From Oscillospiraceae bacterium (GTDB lineage Bacteria > Bacillota > Clostridia > Oscillospirales > Oscillospiraceae): a stretch of DNA of 64,000 nucleotides. The position numbers and the translations under genes are program-made. This document shows, one piece after another, positions 56,275 through 64,000 of this stretch; within the stretch, counting starts at the first letter, position 1; the number at the start of each line of letters is the position of its first letter. The stretch lies in NCBI GenBank assembly GCA_021771635.1, contig JAETOQ010000006.1, positions 1,908-65,907 on the forward strand. The letters are read 5' to 3'. Under the pieces are notes generated by a model. The model had not been told where the DNA came from. It saw only the letters and a program-made list of their open reading frames with translations, and did no database searches.

Positions 56275-56310
56275 GGCGCACCTCCTATTTTCCATTTAAT
56301 GGCAACATTA

Positions 56311-56356
56311 TACTACTTAACAAGTAGTAAATCAATCTTAAATAGTAGTAAATCAA
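56311..56356. promoter_or_regulatory. operator-like repeats in the divergent promoter region
   Basis: Inverted repeat TACTACTT-AAC-AAGTAGTA (56311-56329). Direct repeats AGTAGTAAATCAA at 56323-56335 and 56344-56356, 21-bp period. Confidence 0.65.
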
Positions 56357-56401
56357 AAATTGAGGAAGTGATACCATAGTATAGAAGAAAGGGGTGTGCA
56401 G

Positions 56402-56632
56402 ATGGAAGAATACCGGGAGCAATATCGGATGCTGGGACTGCGCATCGCTTTTTACCGGAAAAAAGCCGGATGGACGCAGGAGGAATTTGCGGACAAGGTC
56501 GGATGCAGCATGGGCTTTTTGAGCCGCATCGAGGCCAACAACGGCAAGCATGTGGCCGGAATCTCTTTATCGATGCTGTTCCGCATGGCACAGGTTCTGG
56601 AAATTCCCGTCTCCAAGCTGTTTGAGGAATAA
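56402..56632 (+). CDS. XRE-family HTH transcriptional regulator (76 aa)
   Basis: LGLRIAFYRKKAGWTQEEFADKVGCSMGFLSRIE HTH_3 signature. ATG 56402 follows an AGAAAGGGG RBS. Confidence 0.8.
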   Translation: MEEYREQYRMLGLRIAFYRKKAGWTQEEFADKVGCSMGFLSRIEANNGKHVAGISLSMLFRMAQVLEIPVSKLFEE

Positions 56633-56638
56633 TACATG

Positions 56639-56761
56639 GCGGCGTAAACCGCCGCCGCGCCCGCGGCGCACCAAGAAGAGTATTGACAACATTCTTGCGG
56701 CTGCGCCGCCGGGCCGCAGAATGCGGCCCCATAAAACGATTGCATCGTTTTATGAAGAATT
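56639..56761 (-). repeat. Family D hairpin repeat, copy 2 (right arm of the inverted pair)
   Basis: See 55869-55993. Starts 6 bp after the XRE stop codon. Confidence 0.85.
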
Positions 56762-56907
56762 CGTATAAAAAAACCGCCCGGACGGGCGGTTTTTTCGTTC
56801 CGCCCCTCTCCCGGAGGCCGCCGGTTCTCCGGAGAGAAGCGCAAAAGAGACCGCCGGCATTCAATCGGCAGTCTCTTTTCGAAAAAGGAGAAAAGGCAGA
56901 TACGCAT

Positions 56908-58110
56908 TCAGCTGATCCGCCCGGGAATCGGATTTGCGGCGCGGTCCGCGCGGAGCAGCGCCAGATTCAGCGCCAGGGCCGCCAAAGCCACCGCCGCCGC
57001 GGGCAGGCCGAGATTTCGCAGGCCCACCGCCTCCTGCAAGGCGCTGCTGGCAAAGGAGCCGGCGGCGATGCCGATATTCCCCGCCACAGACAGTGTGGAG
57101 GCGCAGAGGCTGGCGGCAAAGGGATACTCCCGCTCCGCCAGCGCCATGGCATAGACCTGGACGGGGGTGCTCAGCAGATACATGAGCAGCGCCATCAGGA
57201 GCACACCTGCGAGCCCCGTCCGGAACTGTCCCAGCAGCAGCGGCATGGCCGCAAACAAGATCGCCTGCAGAAGCAGGAAGCCGGGCGTTTTGACCACTCC
57301 GCCGCGGGAGCCCAGCCATCCGGCCAGAAGATTGCTGCCCATGCAGCACAGGCCCACCAGCATCAGCAGCAGGCTGACGGCATTCTCCGTCCCATGGAGC
57401 ACATCCGTCAGGATCGGCGTCAGATACGTATAAACAACATAGGTCGCGGCATAGGCGCAGATCGTCATCAGCACGCACAGGGAATAGCGCCGGTCCCGCA
57501 GCACAGTGAACTGGTGAATAAAGCCGGTCCCCTCCGCCGGAGCCTCCACAGTGCGGGGCAGCAGCCGGGCCAGGATCGGAAGCAGGACAGCGCCCAGCAG
57601 CAGGATCACGGCAAAGGTCGCCCGCCATCCCAGCAGGCGGCAGATCGCCTTGTTCAGCGGATTCCCCACCACAGTGGCCAGAGACATCCCGGTGTAGACC
57701 ATCGCCACGGCCCGGGCCGTCTGCTCCGGCCGCGCCACCTGGCGCACAAAGAGCAGCGCCACCGCGGTCAGCGTTCCGGTGAGTATGGCCGCCAGTGTCC
57801 GGGTGAGATACAGCACCCAGATATTCGGCGCCAGCATGCTCAGGGCGTTCACCACCAGGAACAGCGCCATCAGGACCATCAGGAACCGAAACCGGGGGAC
57901 CCGGGCCGTGGCTGCCATCACAACAGGCGTGCCTATGGCATATCCGGCGGCAAACACGCTCACCAGCCGCCCCGCCGCGCTGAGAGATACCTCCAGGTCC
58001 GCGGCAATGTCCGGCAGAATGACCACGGATACATATTCGCAGGCCCCCAGCATCACGCCCAGCCCCGCCAGGGCCAGCACCGGCGCCGACATCACATGCT
58101 TCTTCCTCAT
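56908..58110 (-). CDS. MFS transporter (12 TM, sugar/drug efflux-like)
   Basis: 400-aa polytopic protein with an MFS motif-A-like GRLVSVFAAGYAIG. GGAGGA RBS 9 nt upstream of ATG 58110. Confidence 0.8.
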   Translation of the reverse strand: MRKKHVMSAPVLALAGLGVMLGACEYVSVVILPDIAADLEVSLSAAGRLVSVFAAGYAIGTPVVMAATARVPRFRFLMVLMALFLVVNALSMLAPNIWVLYLTRTLAAILTGTLTAVALLFVRQVARPEQTARAVAMVYTGMSLATVVGNPLNKAICRLLGWRATFAVILLLGAVLLPILARLLPRTVEAPAEGTGFIHQFTVLRDRRYSLCVLMTICAYAATYVVYTYLTPILTDVLHGTENAVSLLLMLVGLCCMGSNLLAGWLGSRGGVVKTPGFLLLQAILFAAMPLLLGQFRTGLAGVLLMALLMYLLSTPVQVYAMALAEREYPFAASLCASTLSVAGNIGIAAGSFASSALQEAVGLRNLGLPAAAVALAALALNLALLRADRAANPIPGRIS

Positions 58111-58200
58111 ATGGCATTTTCCTCCGTTCTGTGTCCGTACACAGAATTGTTTCGATAAATGGGGGACCGCGGTCCCCCGGGATATTTCCGCAAGCCTTTC

Positions 58201-58363
58201 ATACTAGGATCCATTAAAAAGATTTTTCCCCGCAAGTGGGACGCGGCATCCGTAAGCGGCGGAGCCGTCAACGGCTGCCCAGTATAGCGCCGAAGGCGCG
58301 TTGGATTCTTATGAGACGTGTTTTGCGTCATTTATGGCGCAAAGCGGAACGTGTTTTATTTGA
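58201..58363 (+). repeat. Family C hairpin repeat, copy 1
   Basis: Aligns with the reverse complement of 59624-59766 (ATACTAGGATCCATTAAAAAG..., ...GCGTTGGATTCTTATGAGACG...). Confidence 0.85.
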
Positions 58364-58371
58364 AATTAGTA

Positions 58372-59397
58372 TCACAGCATCTCCGCGTTCAGGATCGGGC
58401 TTGCGGGATAAAAACAGTCCTTTTCCGGCGGCTTGTGTTCGGCGATCATCCGGAACAGCAGCGTCAGCGACTGGTAGCTCTGGTAGACCAGATTCTGGTC
58501 GATGGTGAAATCCACCAGTCCCTCCTTCAGGAACCGCCGGATCTCAGGCCCGCTGTCGTGGGACAGCACCCGGACCTTCCCGGTCCGCCCCTGGCGGCGG
58601 ATGGCCTCCACACAGGCGGGCACGCTGATATTGGCCATATAGATATAGCCCAGGGCGGGGTCCTCTTCCAGGGCGGCGGATACCGCCGCGAAGGTCTTGT
58701 CATAGTCGTTGTGGGTGGCGGCGATCCGGCAGTCCTCCCGCCGGAAGCCCAATTCCTCCAACCGCTCCAGGAAACCGTCCGCCCGGGCTTTGTGGCCCGC
58801 GTAGGCCGGGCCGGCGTAAACCAGCAGCAGCGGATCACCGGGCCTCAAAAACTTGGCGGCGATCTCCCCCGCCACCCGTCCGGCGTGATGGGCGTCCTCC
58901 CCCACATAGCACAGGCGGGGGCCAGATGGAATATCCGAGTTGAACGTCACCACGGGGATCTTCCGCTCCGCCAGCGCCGTCAGCTTTGCCCGAACCGCCT
59001 CACAGTCGGAAGCGCACAGGGCGATCCCCTGGGCGCCGTTCTTCGCCACCTGGTCCACCAGCTTCAGGCAGGCCGCCGTGTCGTCCGGCTCATAACAGCG
59101 GACGTCCACCGTGACGTTGTAATCCCGGCGCTCCTCCCGAAAATCGGCCACGCCCTCCGCTATGGAGTCCCGCACATACGGCTCCCACTCCGGCTGGACC
59201 ACTGCCAGCCGCCGGGCCGTTCCGCTGGTGGCCAGGGCGCTGGCCATCCGGTTCGGCTGGTAATCCAGCTCCTCCAGGACCTGAAGGACTCGCTCCCGCA
59301 CCTCCGCCTTCACGTAGGGCCGGTCATGCAGCACCCGGTCCACCGTGCCGATGGACACCCCCGCCTTTTCCGCGATCATCTTGATGGTAGCCCGCAT
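58372..59397 (-). CDS. LacI-family transcriptional regulator
   Basis: N-terminal HTH IKMIAEKAGVSIGTVDRVLHDRPYV plus a periplasmic-binding-fold C-domain. Confidence 0.9.
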   Translation of the reverse strand: MRATIKMIAEKAGVSIGTVDRVLHDRPYVKAEVRERVLQVLEELDYQPNRMASALATSGTARRLAVVQPEWEPYVRDSIAEGVADFREERRDYNVTVDVRCYEPDDTAACLKLVDQVAKNGAQGIALCASDCEAVRAKLTALAERKIPVVTFNSDIPSGPRLCYVGEDAHHAGRVAGEIAAKFLRPGDPLLLVYAGPAYAGHKARADGFLERLEELGFRREDCRIAATHNDYDKTFAAVSAALEEDPALGYIYMANISVPACVEAIRRQGRTGKVRVLSHDSGPEIRRFLKEGLVDFTIDQNLVYQSYQSLTLLFRMIAEHKPPEKDCFYPASPILNAEML

Positions 59398-59623
59398 GAG
59401 ATCCGCCTCCCCACGTTTCTGTTAACGTACACATGATAGCATTCCCAGCGGTTTTGTCAAGCCGCTTTTTTGTTTTTTGTGCAGAAAGTTACCATTACAC
59501 AAAAATTTTTGTATACAAACACGGGTGCCTGTGCTATACTATATCAAGTTAAGCGTTGAGGAGCTTGGCTTCTCCGCTGTTTTTTCTTGTATTTCACCGG
59601 TTCGGAACGCGCTTTTCCCCCGG

Positions 59624-59766
59624 TCAAATAATACGCATTTTGCGTTTTCGTTTTGTGCCCAAATGGCACAAAACCCGTCTCATAAGAATCCAACGCGTCT
59701 TTGACGCTATACTGGGCATCCCCCTCGCGGGGAAAACTTTTCAAGCTTTTTAATGGATTCTAGTAT
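59624..59766 (-). repeat. Family C hairpin repeat, copy 2 (inverted)
   Basis: See 58201-58363. Confidence 0.85.
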
Positions 59767-59956
59767 AAATCGACAGTTTCCCCATATCTGATCTCGACAT
59801 GACGTGAACGAACCCCTGCCGGCGAAACGGGGCCGCGCAGGCAACGGACGTCTCTTTTTTGCGTACGCTTTTTCGCGTATCGTGTCCCGCCGCGTCCTGT
59901 CCGGCTGAGGGGAACTGCCGCTACATATCCGTAAATTCAAAGGAGTATTTTGATCT

Positions 59957-61615
59957 ATGGCAGAAAAACTGAAAATCATTCCCCTGGGCGGTCTCAACGA
60001 GATCGGCAAGAACATGACCGCCTACGAGTACGGCGGGGAGATCATCGTGGTGGACTGCGGCATGGCCTTCCCCGGCGATGATATGTACGGCATCGACAGC
60101 GTGATCCCCGACGTCACCTATCTCATCAAGAACCGCTCCCGCATCCGCGGGCTCTTCATCACCCACGGCCACGAGGACCATGTGGGCGCCATCCCCTATG
60201 TCCTCAAGCAGGTCAACATGCCCATCTACTGCACCCGCTTTACCGCCGGCCTCATCAAGCTGAAGCTGGAGGAGCACCAGCTGGTGAAGTCCACCAAGCT
60301 CATCACCGTGGAACCGGGCAAATCCGTCCGGGCGGGCAAGTTCACCGTGGAGTTCATCCACGTGAACCACTCCATCGCCGACTCCGTGGCCTTCGCCATC
60401 CACACGAAGATGGGTACCGTGGTCCACACCGGCGACTTCAAGATCGACTCCACCCCCATCGACGGGGAGGTCATCGACCTGGCCCGGCTGGGCGAGCTGG
60501 GCAAGGAGGGTGTCCTGTGCCTGTGCGCCGACTCCACCAATGTGGAGCGCCCCGGCTTTACACCCTCCGAAAAGACGGTGGGCGCCACCTTCACCCGCCA
60601 GTTCCAGAACTGCGATGAGCGCATCATCGTCACCACCTTCGCCTCCAATGTCCACCGTATCCAGCAGGTGCTGGATGCCGCCGCCCAGTGCGGGCGGAAG
60701 GTGGCCGTCACCGGCCGCAGCATGGAGAACATGATGAGGGTCTCCACGGAACTGGGCTATATGAAGGTGCCCAAGAACACCCTCATGGACATCAACAAAC
60801 TCAAGGGCCTGCCCAAAAACAAGCAGGTCATTGTCACCACCGGAAGCCAGGGCGAGGAGATGAGCGCCCTGTACCGCATGGCCTTCTCCACCCATAAGCA
60901 GGTGGAGCTGGGCGCCGGCGACAAGGTCATCATCTCCGCCTCCGCCATCCCCGGCAACGAGGTGACGGTGGGCCGTGTCATCAACGAGCTGTTCCGCAAG
61001 GGCGTGAAGGTGGTCTATGACAAGGCGGACATCCTCCACGTCTCCGGCCACGCCTGCCAGGAGGAGCTGAAGATCGTCCACGCCCTGACGAAGCCCCGTT
61101 TCTTCGTCCCCCTCCACGGCGAGCAGCGGATGCTCCAGATCCACAGCCAGCTGGCCCAGGACATGGGCATGGACCGCAACCACATCGCCATCGCGGACAA
61201 CGGCTCCGTCATCGAGTTCACCGCCAAGACGCTGAAGATCAACGGCTCCGTCCCCGCCGGCGAGGTGTATGTGGACGGCTCCGGCGTGGGCGACGTGGGG
61301 GCCGTGGTCATGCGGGACCGCAAGCGCCTGGCCGAGGACGGCATGGTGGTGGTGGTCCTGCCCATCTCCGCCCACAACGGCGACCTGCTGACGCCGCCGG
61401 AGATCGTCACCCGGGGCTTCATCTATGTGAAGGAGTCCGGGGACCTGATGAAGGAGCTGCAGGCTGTGGCTCTGGACGCGGCGGACGCCGTCTCCCGCAA
61501 GCGCGGGCGGGATGACAGCGAGCTGAAGGGCGCGGTGAAATCCGCCGTCAGCAGCTATCTGTTCAAAAACACCAAGCGCAGCCCCATGGTCATCCCTGTG
61601 GTGACGCGGCTGTAA
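59957..61615 (+). CDS. rnj: ribonuclease J
   Basis: KIIPLGGLNEIGKNM and the beta-CASP metallo-beta-lactamase motif THGHEDHVGAIPY; 552 aa. Confidence 0.95.
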   Translation: MAEKLKIIPLGGLNEIGKNMTAYEYGGEIIVVDCGMAFPGDDMYGIDSVIPDVTYLIKNRSRIRGLFITHGHEDHVGAIPYVLKQVNMPIYCTRFTAGLIKLKLEEHQLVKSTKLITVEPGKSVRAGKFTVEFIHVNHSIADSVAFAIHTKMGTVVHTGDFKIDSTPIDGEVIDLARLGELGKEGVLCLCADSTNVERPGFTPSEKTVGATFTRQFQNCDERIIVTTFASNVHRIQQVLDAAAQCGRKVAVTGRSMENMMRVSTELGYMKVPKNTLMDINKLKGLPKNKQVIVTTGSQGEEMSALYRMAFSTHKQVELGAGDKVIISASAIPGNEVTVGRVINELFRKGVKVVYDKADILHVSGHACQEELKIVHALTKPRFFVPLHGEQRMLQIHSQLAQDMGMDRNHIAIADNGSVIEFTAKTLKINGSVPAGEVYVDGSGVGDVGAVVMRDRKRLAEDGMVVVVLPISAHNGDLLTPPEIVTRGFIYVKESGDLMKELQAVALDAADAVSRKRGRDDSELKGAVKSAVSSYLFKNTKRSPMVIPVVTRL

Positions 61616-61621
61616 AGCAGA

Positions 61622-61899
61622 AAAGCGGAACGGCAGAGCCGTTCCGTTTCAGCCTGTCGAAAAAGTCCGTTGGTGACTTTTTCGACAGGCTTCAAAATGC
61701 CTCGCTTTTGGTCTGTTTCACAGGCCAAAAGGCTCCCGCTTCGCGGGGCAAACGCCTGTTATCACAGGCTTTTTGCAGGCATTCGATCCAATACGAGGGG
61801 ACTACCGCCCCCTCGTACTCCCCCTGCAAGAATGGCAATTTCTGCTCTTGATAACACTGAAGCGGAACGGCGCTGCCGTTCCGCTTTCTTTGCGTCCGT
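61622..61899 (+). repeat. Duplicated rnj terminator hairpin (61622-61650 and 61871-61899) bracketing a 220-bp hairpin cassette
   Basis: AAGCGGAACGGCAGAGCCGTTCCGTTTC and AAGCGGAACGGCGCTGCCGTTCCGCTTTC. The insert starts with CCTGTCGAAAAAGT/ACTTTTTCGACAGG and has at least 4 further stems. Confidence 0.85.
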
Positions 61900-61939
61900 G
61901 GAAAGTTGCATCATTTTGTACAATCCTGGAAGATTCTCC

Positions 61940-61975
61940 GGTTAAGGTAAAGGTAAGGGTAAAGGTCATGGTAAG
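61940..61975. repeat. 6 x 6-bp tandem repeat (GGTAAR-like)
   Basis: GGTTAA GGTAAA GGTAAG GGTAAA GGTCAT GGTAAG. Confidence 0.8.
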
Positions 61976-62161
61976 GCGCGGGGGCGCTCAGGGCATAGTG
62001 AAAAACGCGCTGAACTGCGGCGCCTGCCCGGAGCCGGTGCCCCCCCCCGCGCGGGGCATCATCGTCTCCCAGGAGAGGGGCATACAGGCGATGCGGTCCC
62101 TGCCGCGGCGGCTGACAGGCAAAAGGCGCACGGCTTCCGCCGTGCGCCCTTTTTTCGCATA

Positions 62162-62896
62162 TTACTCCGCCTTGGGCTCCTCGCTCTCAAAGACCGCCTT
62201 GGCGCTGGCGGCGAGGCCCGCCAGGCCCTGCAATTCAGAGGGGATGATGATCTTGGTGGCCTTGCCGTCCGCCACCTTCTGCATGGCCTCCAGGGCCTTC
62301 AGCTTCACCACCTGGTCGTTGGGGGCGGACTCGTTCAGCAGCTTCAGGGAGTCGGCCAGGGCCTGCTGCACCCGCGTGATGGCCTGGGCCTCCGCCTCGG
62401 CGGCCATGATGCGGGCCTCCTTCTCGCCCTCGGCCCGCTTGATGGCGGCCTCCTTGGCGGCCTCGGCCTTCAGGATGGCGGACTGCTTCTCGCCCTCGGC
62501 CACCAGGATCTGGGACTGCTTCTGTCCCTCCGCCTGAAGGATGGATTCCCGGCGCTCCCGCTCCGCCTTCATCTGCTTCTCCATGGCGTTCTGGATCTCC
62601 TTGGGCGGGATGATGTTCTTCAGCTCCACCCGGTTGACCTTGATGCCCCAGGGGTCCGTGGCGACGGGCTGGGGCGCGAAGTCCGCCACCTGCTCCTTCA
62701 GGGACACCTTTTTGGCCACCCGCTCGATGAAGGGCACCTTCAGATGCAGGCCCACGTTCCAAACCGTGCGGAACGCGCCCAGGCGCTCCACCACGTAGGC
62801 CCGGGACTGCTGGACGATGACGATGTTGCTGACGACCAGTGCCAGTACGATGATGATCAGGACCACAACGGGAAGAATGCTCAACAACAGATCCAT
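62162..62896 (-). CDS. SPFH/band-7 (stomatin/prohibitin-like) protein, apparently lacking the central part of the SPFH domain
   Basis: N-terminal TM plus YVVERLGAFRTVW..VPFIERVAKKVSLKEQVADFAPQPV is joined directly to ATDPWGIKVNRVELKNI and a long coiled coil. 244 aa, against the roughly 300+ aa I recall for homologues. Confidence 0.75.
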   Translation of the reverse strand: MDLLLSILPVVVLIIIVLALVVSNIVIVQQSRAYVVERLGAFRTVWNVGLHLKVPFIERVAKKVSLKEQVADFAPQPVATDPWGIKVNRVELKNIIPPKEIQNAMEKQMKAERERRESILQAEGQKQSQILVAEGEKQSAILKAEAAKEAAIKRAEGEKEARIMAAEAEAQAITRVQQALADSLKLLNESAPNDQVVKLKALEAMQKVADGKATKIIIPSELQGLAGLAASAKAVFESEEPKAE

Positions 62897-63345
62897 TACG
62901 TTACCTCCACTTTTTCCTCACATGTTTTTACAAAGAGCTTCACGCCCTCCATACGCTCGATCCGCACCTGGGCTCCCGCGGGGATGACGCCGCCGGCATC
63001 ACTGCGGGCGGTCCAGGTCTTGCCGTCCACATAGACGGCGCCGGTGGAATTTTCGTTGTCAATGGTCTCCGTGACCTTGCCCACGCCGCCGATGATCCGG
63101 TCCAGGTTGGTTGCCACCGCCTTTCCGGTGAACCGTTTCACCAGCGGACGTGTCACCGCCAGGGCCGCGGCGGACACCAGCACGAACAGCATCAGCTGTA
63201 CAGCAAGTCCCGCGTGCAGGATCGCCGCGATCAGCGCCGCCACGGCGCCCGCCACGAACCAGATGGACACCAGGCCCGCCGTCGCCGCCTCCACGACGCC
63301 GAACAGCACAATGGCGCCCAGCCAAAGCCAAATCAAATAACTCAT
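62896..63345 (-). CDS. NfeD-family membrane protein
   Basis: Three TM helices plus a C-terminal OB-like domain (GKVTETIDNENSTGAVYVDGKTWTARS). The stop overlaps the SPFH start by one base. Confidence 0.85.
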   Translation of the reverse strand: MSYLIWLWLGAIVLFGVVEAATAGLVSIWFVAGAVAALIAAILHAGLAVQLMLFVLVSAAALAVTRPLVKRFTGKAVATNLDRIIGGVGKVTETIDNENSTGAVYVDGKTWTARSDAGGVIPAGAQVRIERMEGVKLFVKTCEEKVEVT

Positions 63346-63504
63346 GCCCAAAACTCCTCCTTTCAGGCCGGTCTCTTCTCTGTCTTTTTTAGTGTAGCAT
63401 ACCCGTGGGGAGAAAAGCATTTCATTTTGGTTACAATTCACCCGCATAACGCAAACAGGAACCATCTTTTCCAAGATGGTTCCTGTTTTGCTGTTTTTGC
63501 TGTG

Positions 63505-64000
63505 TCACGCGGTCTCCTTCTCCCCCTGCGCTTCCCCGTTTCGCCGGAACAGCGCTTTAAACAGGGTGCGCACCAGCGGCTGAATGAAGAACAGCTGGGA
63601 GAAAAATGCAAAGGGGAAGTTCAGGCAAACCAGCTTCAGCCAGTTTGCCAACAGGGTCACCGCATGGAATCCCGCGTAGTACGGATAGTACAGCAGCGCC
63701 GCCAAAAAGCTCATGGCCGGGCACATCAGCCCCACGGTCGCGCAGATGACGGCGGACTCAAAGATCATGGGATGGCTCGTCCGGGGATCGAACACCCGGC
63801 AGGCCAGCCTGAAGGAGCAGGGACTGCCCATGGTGACCTCCAGGCCATAGGCCAGGCAGAACTCCGTCAGGACCACCGCCCAGACCGGCAGATACCGTCC
63901 AAACATGTACACGCCGCCCTGCTTGGCAATGGCGGCTAGGACGCCGGTCGTCCCGTTGAGTGCTATGAGCAGGTCTCCGTTCACAACATACAGGCTGTAA
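63505..64000 (-). CDS. polytopic membrane protein, N-terminus outside the window (possibly an ECF-type S component)
   Basis: The reading frame stays open to base 64000. Hydrophobic helices throughout. The family call is a guess. Confidence 0.45.
   Translation of the reverse strand, partial: YSLYVVNGDLLIALNGTTGVLAAIAKQGGVYMFGRYLPVWAVVLTEFCLAYGLEVTMGSPCSFRLACRVFDPRTSHPMIFESAVICATVGLMCPAMSFLAALLYYPYYAGFHAVTLLANWLKLVCLNFPFAFFSQLFFIQPLVRTLFKALFRRNGEAQGEKETA

Noticed and set aside
45866-56632. Calling the three XRE cassettes toxin-antitoxin systems or prophage remnants
   Set aside because: No recognisable toxin fold, integrase, or phage structural or replication gene is adjacent. The partners are too small and unassigned. 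They are reported only as regulatory cassettes of unknown role.
56861-58117. 418-aa ORF overlapping the MFS gene in another frame
   Set aside because: Its ATG lies only 2 nt from the RBS and the product is Gly/Arg/Pro-rich. The 400-aa frame gives a clean 12-TM MFS protein with correct RBS spacing.
61773-62537. 254-aa plus-strand ORF spanning the hexamer repeat and the SPFH gene
   Set aside because: It runs antisense to the SPFH coiled-coil region and across obvious non-coding repeats, and its product is Ala/Ser/Arg low-complexity.

Overview
This is a 64-kb GC-rich Clostridia-type chromosomal segment; hand-counted 60-nt lines give about 65% GC in typical genes. Gene content and style suggest a gut Oscillospiraceae-like anaerobe, but that taxonomic call is inference only. 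There are about 60 protein genes, mostly housekeeping. They include a complete aromatic/shikimate operon (aroF-tyrA-aroB-aroA-aroC-pheA-aroE::aroK-aroQ), cstA, korDABC, ilvE, htpG, a CBS-pyrophosphatase, an M24 peptidase, pyrG, two tandem TrpXYZ-type ABC importers, a Ser/Thr transporter with threonine dehydratase, ftsH-hpt-tilS-dnaB, rplI-gdpP, MFS with LacI, RNase J and SPFH/NfeD. I recognised no rRNA, tRNA, CRISPR array, transposase, integrase or phage structural gene. Five things deserve a second look. (1) An uncharacterised co-directional module at 22.4-26.7 kb encodes a cytoplasmic LRR protein, a VWA/MIDAS protein, a MoxR-class AAA+ ATPase and an Nfu-type Fe-S protein. (2) At least eight families of hairpin-rich, MITE-like intergenic repeats are packed into the window. 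Several sit exactly on stop codons or terminators, and five loci are bracketed by long (28-131 bp) direct duplications that recreate gene 3' ends (pyrG, hpt, an ABC ATPase) or terminator hairpins. (3) The two paralogous aromatic-amino-acid-type ABC importers are preceded by different RNA devices: a canonical Trp (UGG) T-box and a putative Tyr-Tyr-Phe leader-peptide attenuator. (4) There are three small XRE-regulator cassettes, one of which is flanked by inverted repeat copies. (5) There is an AT-rich orphan membrane-protein islet, and an SPFH gene with an apparent in-frame core deletion. All functional calls come from motif recognition by eye; no database search or folding program was available, and start codons are best guesses.
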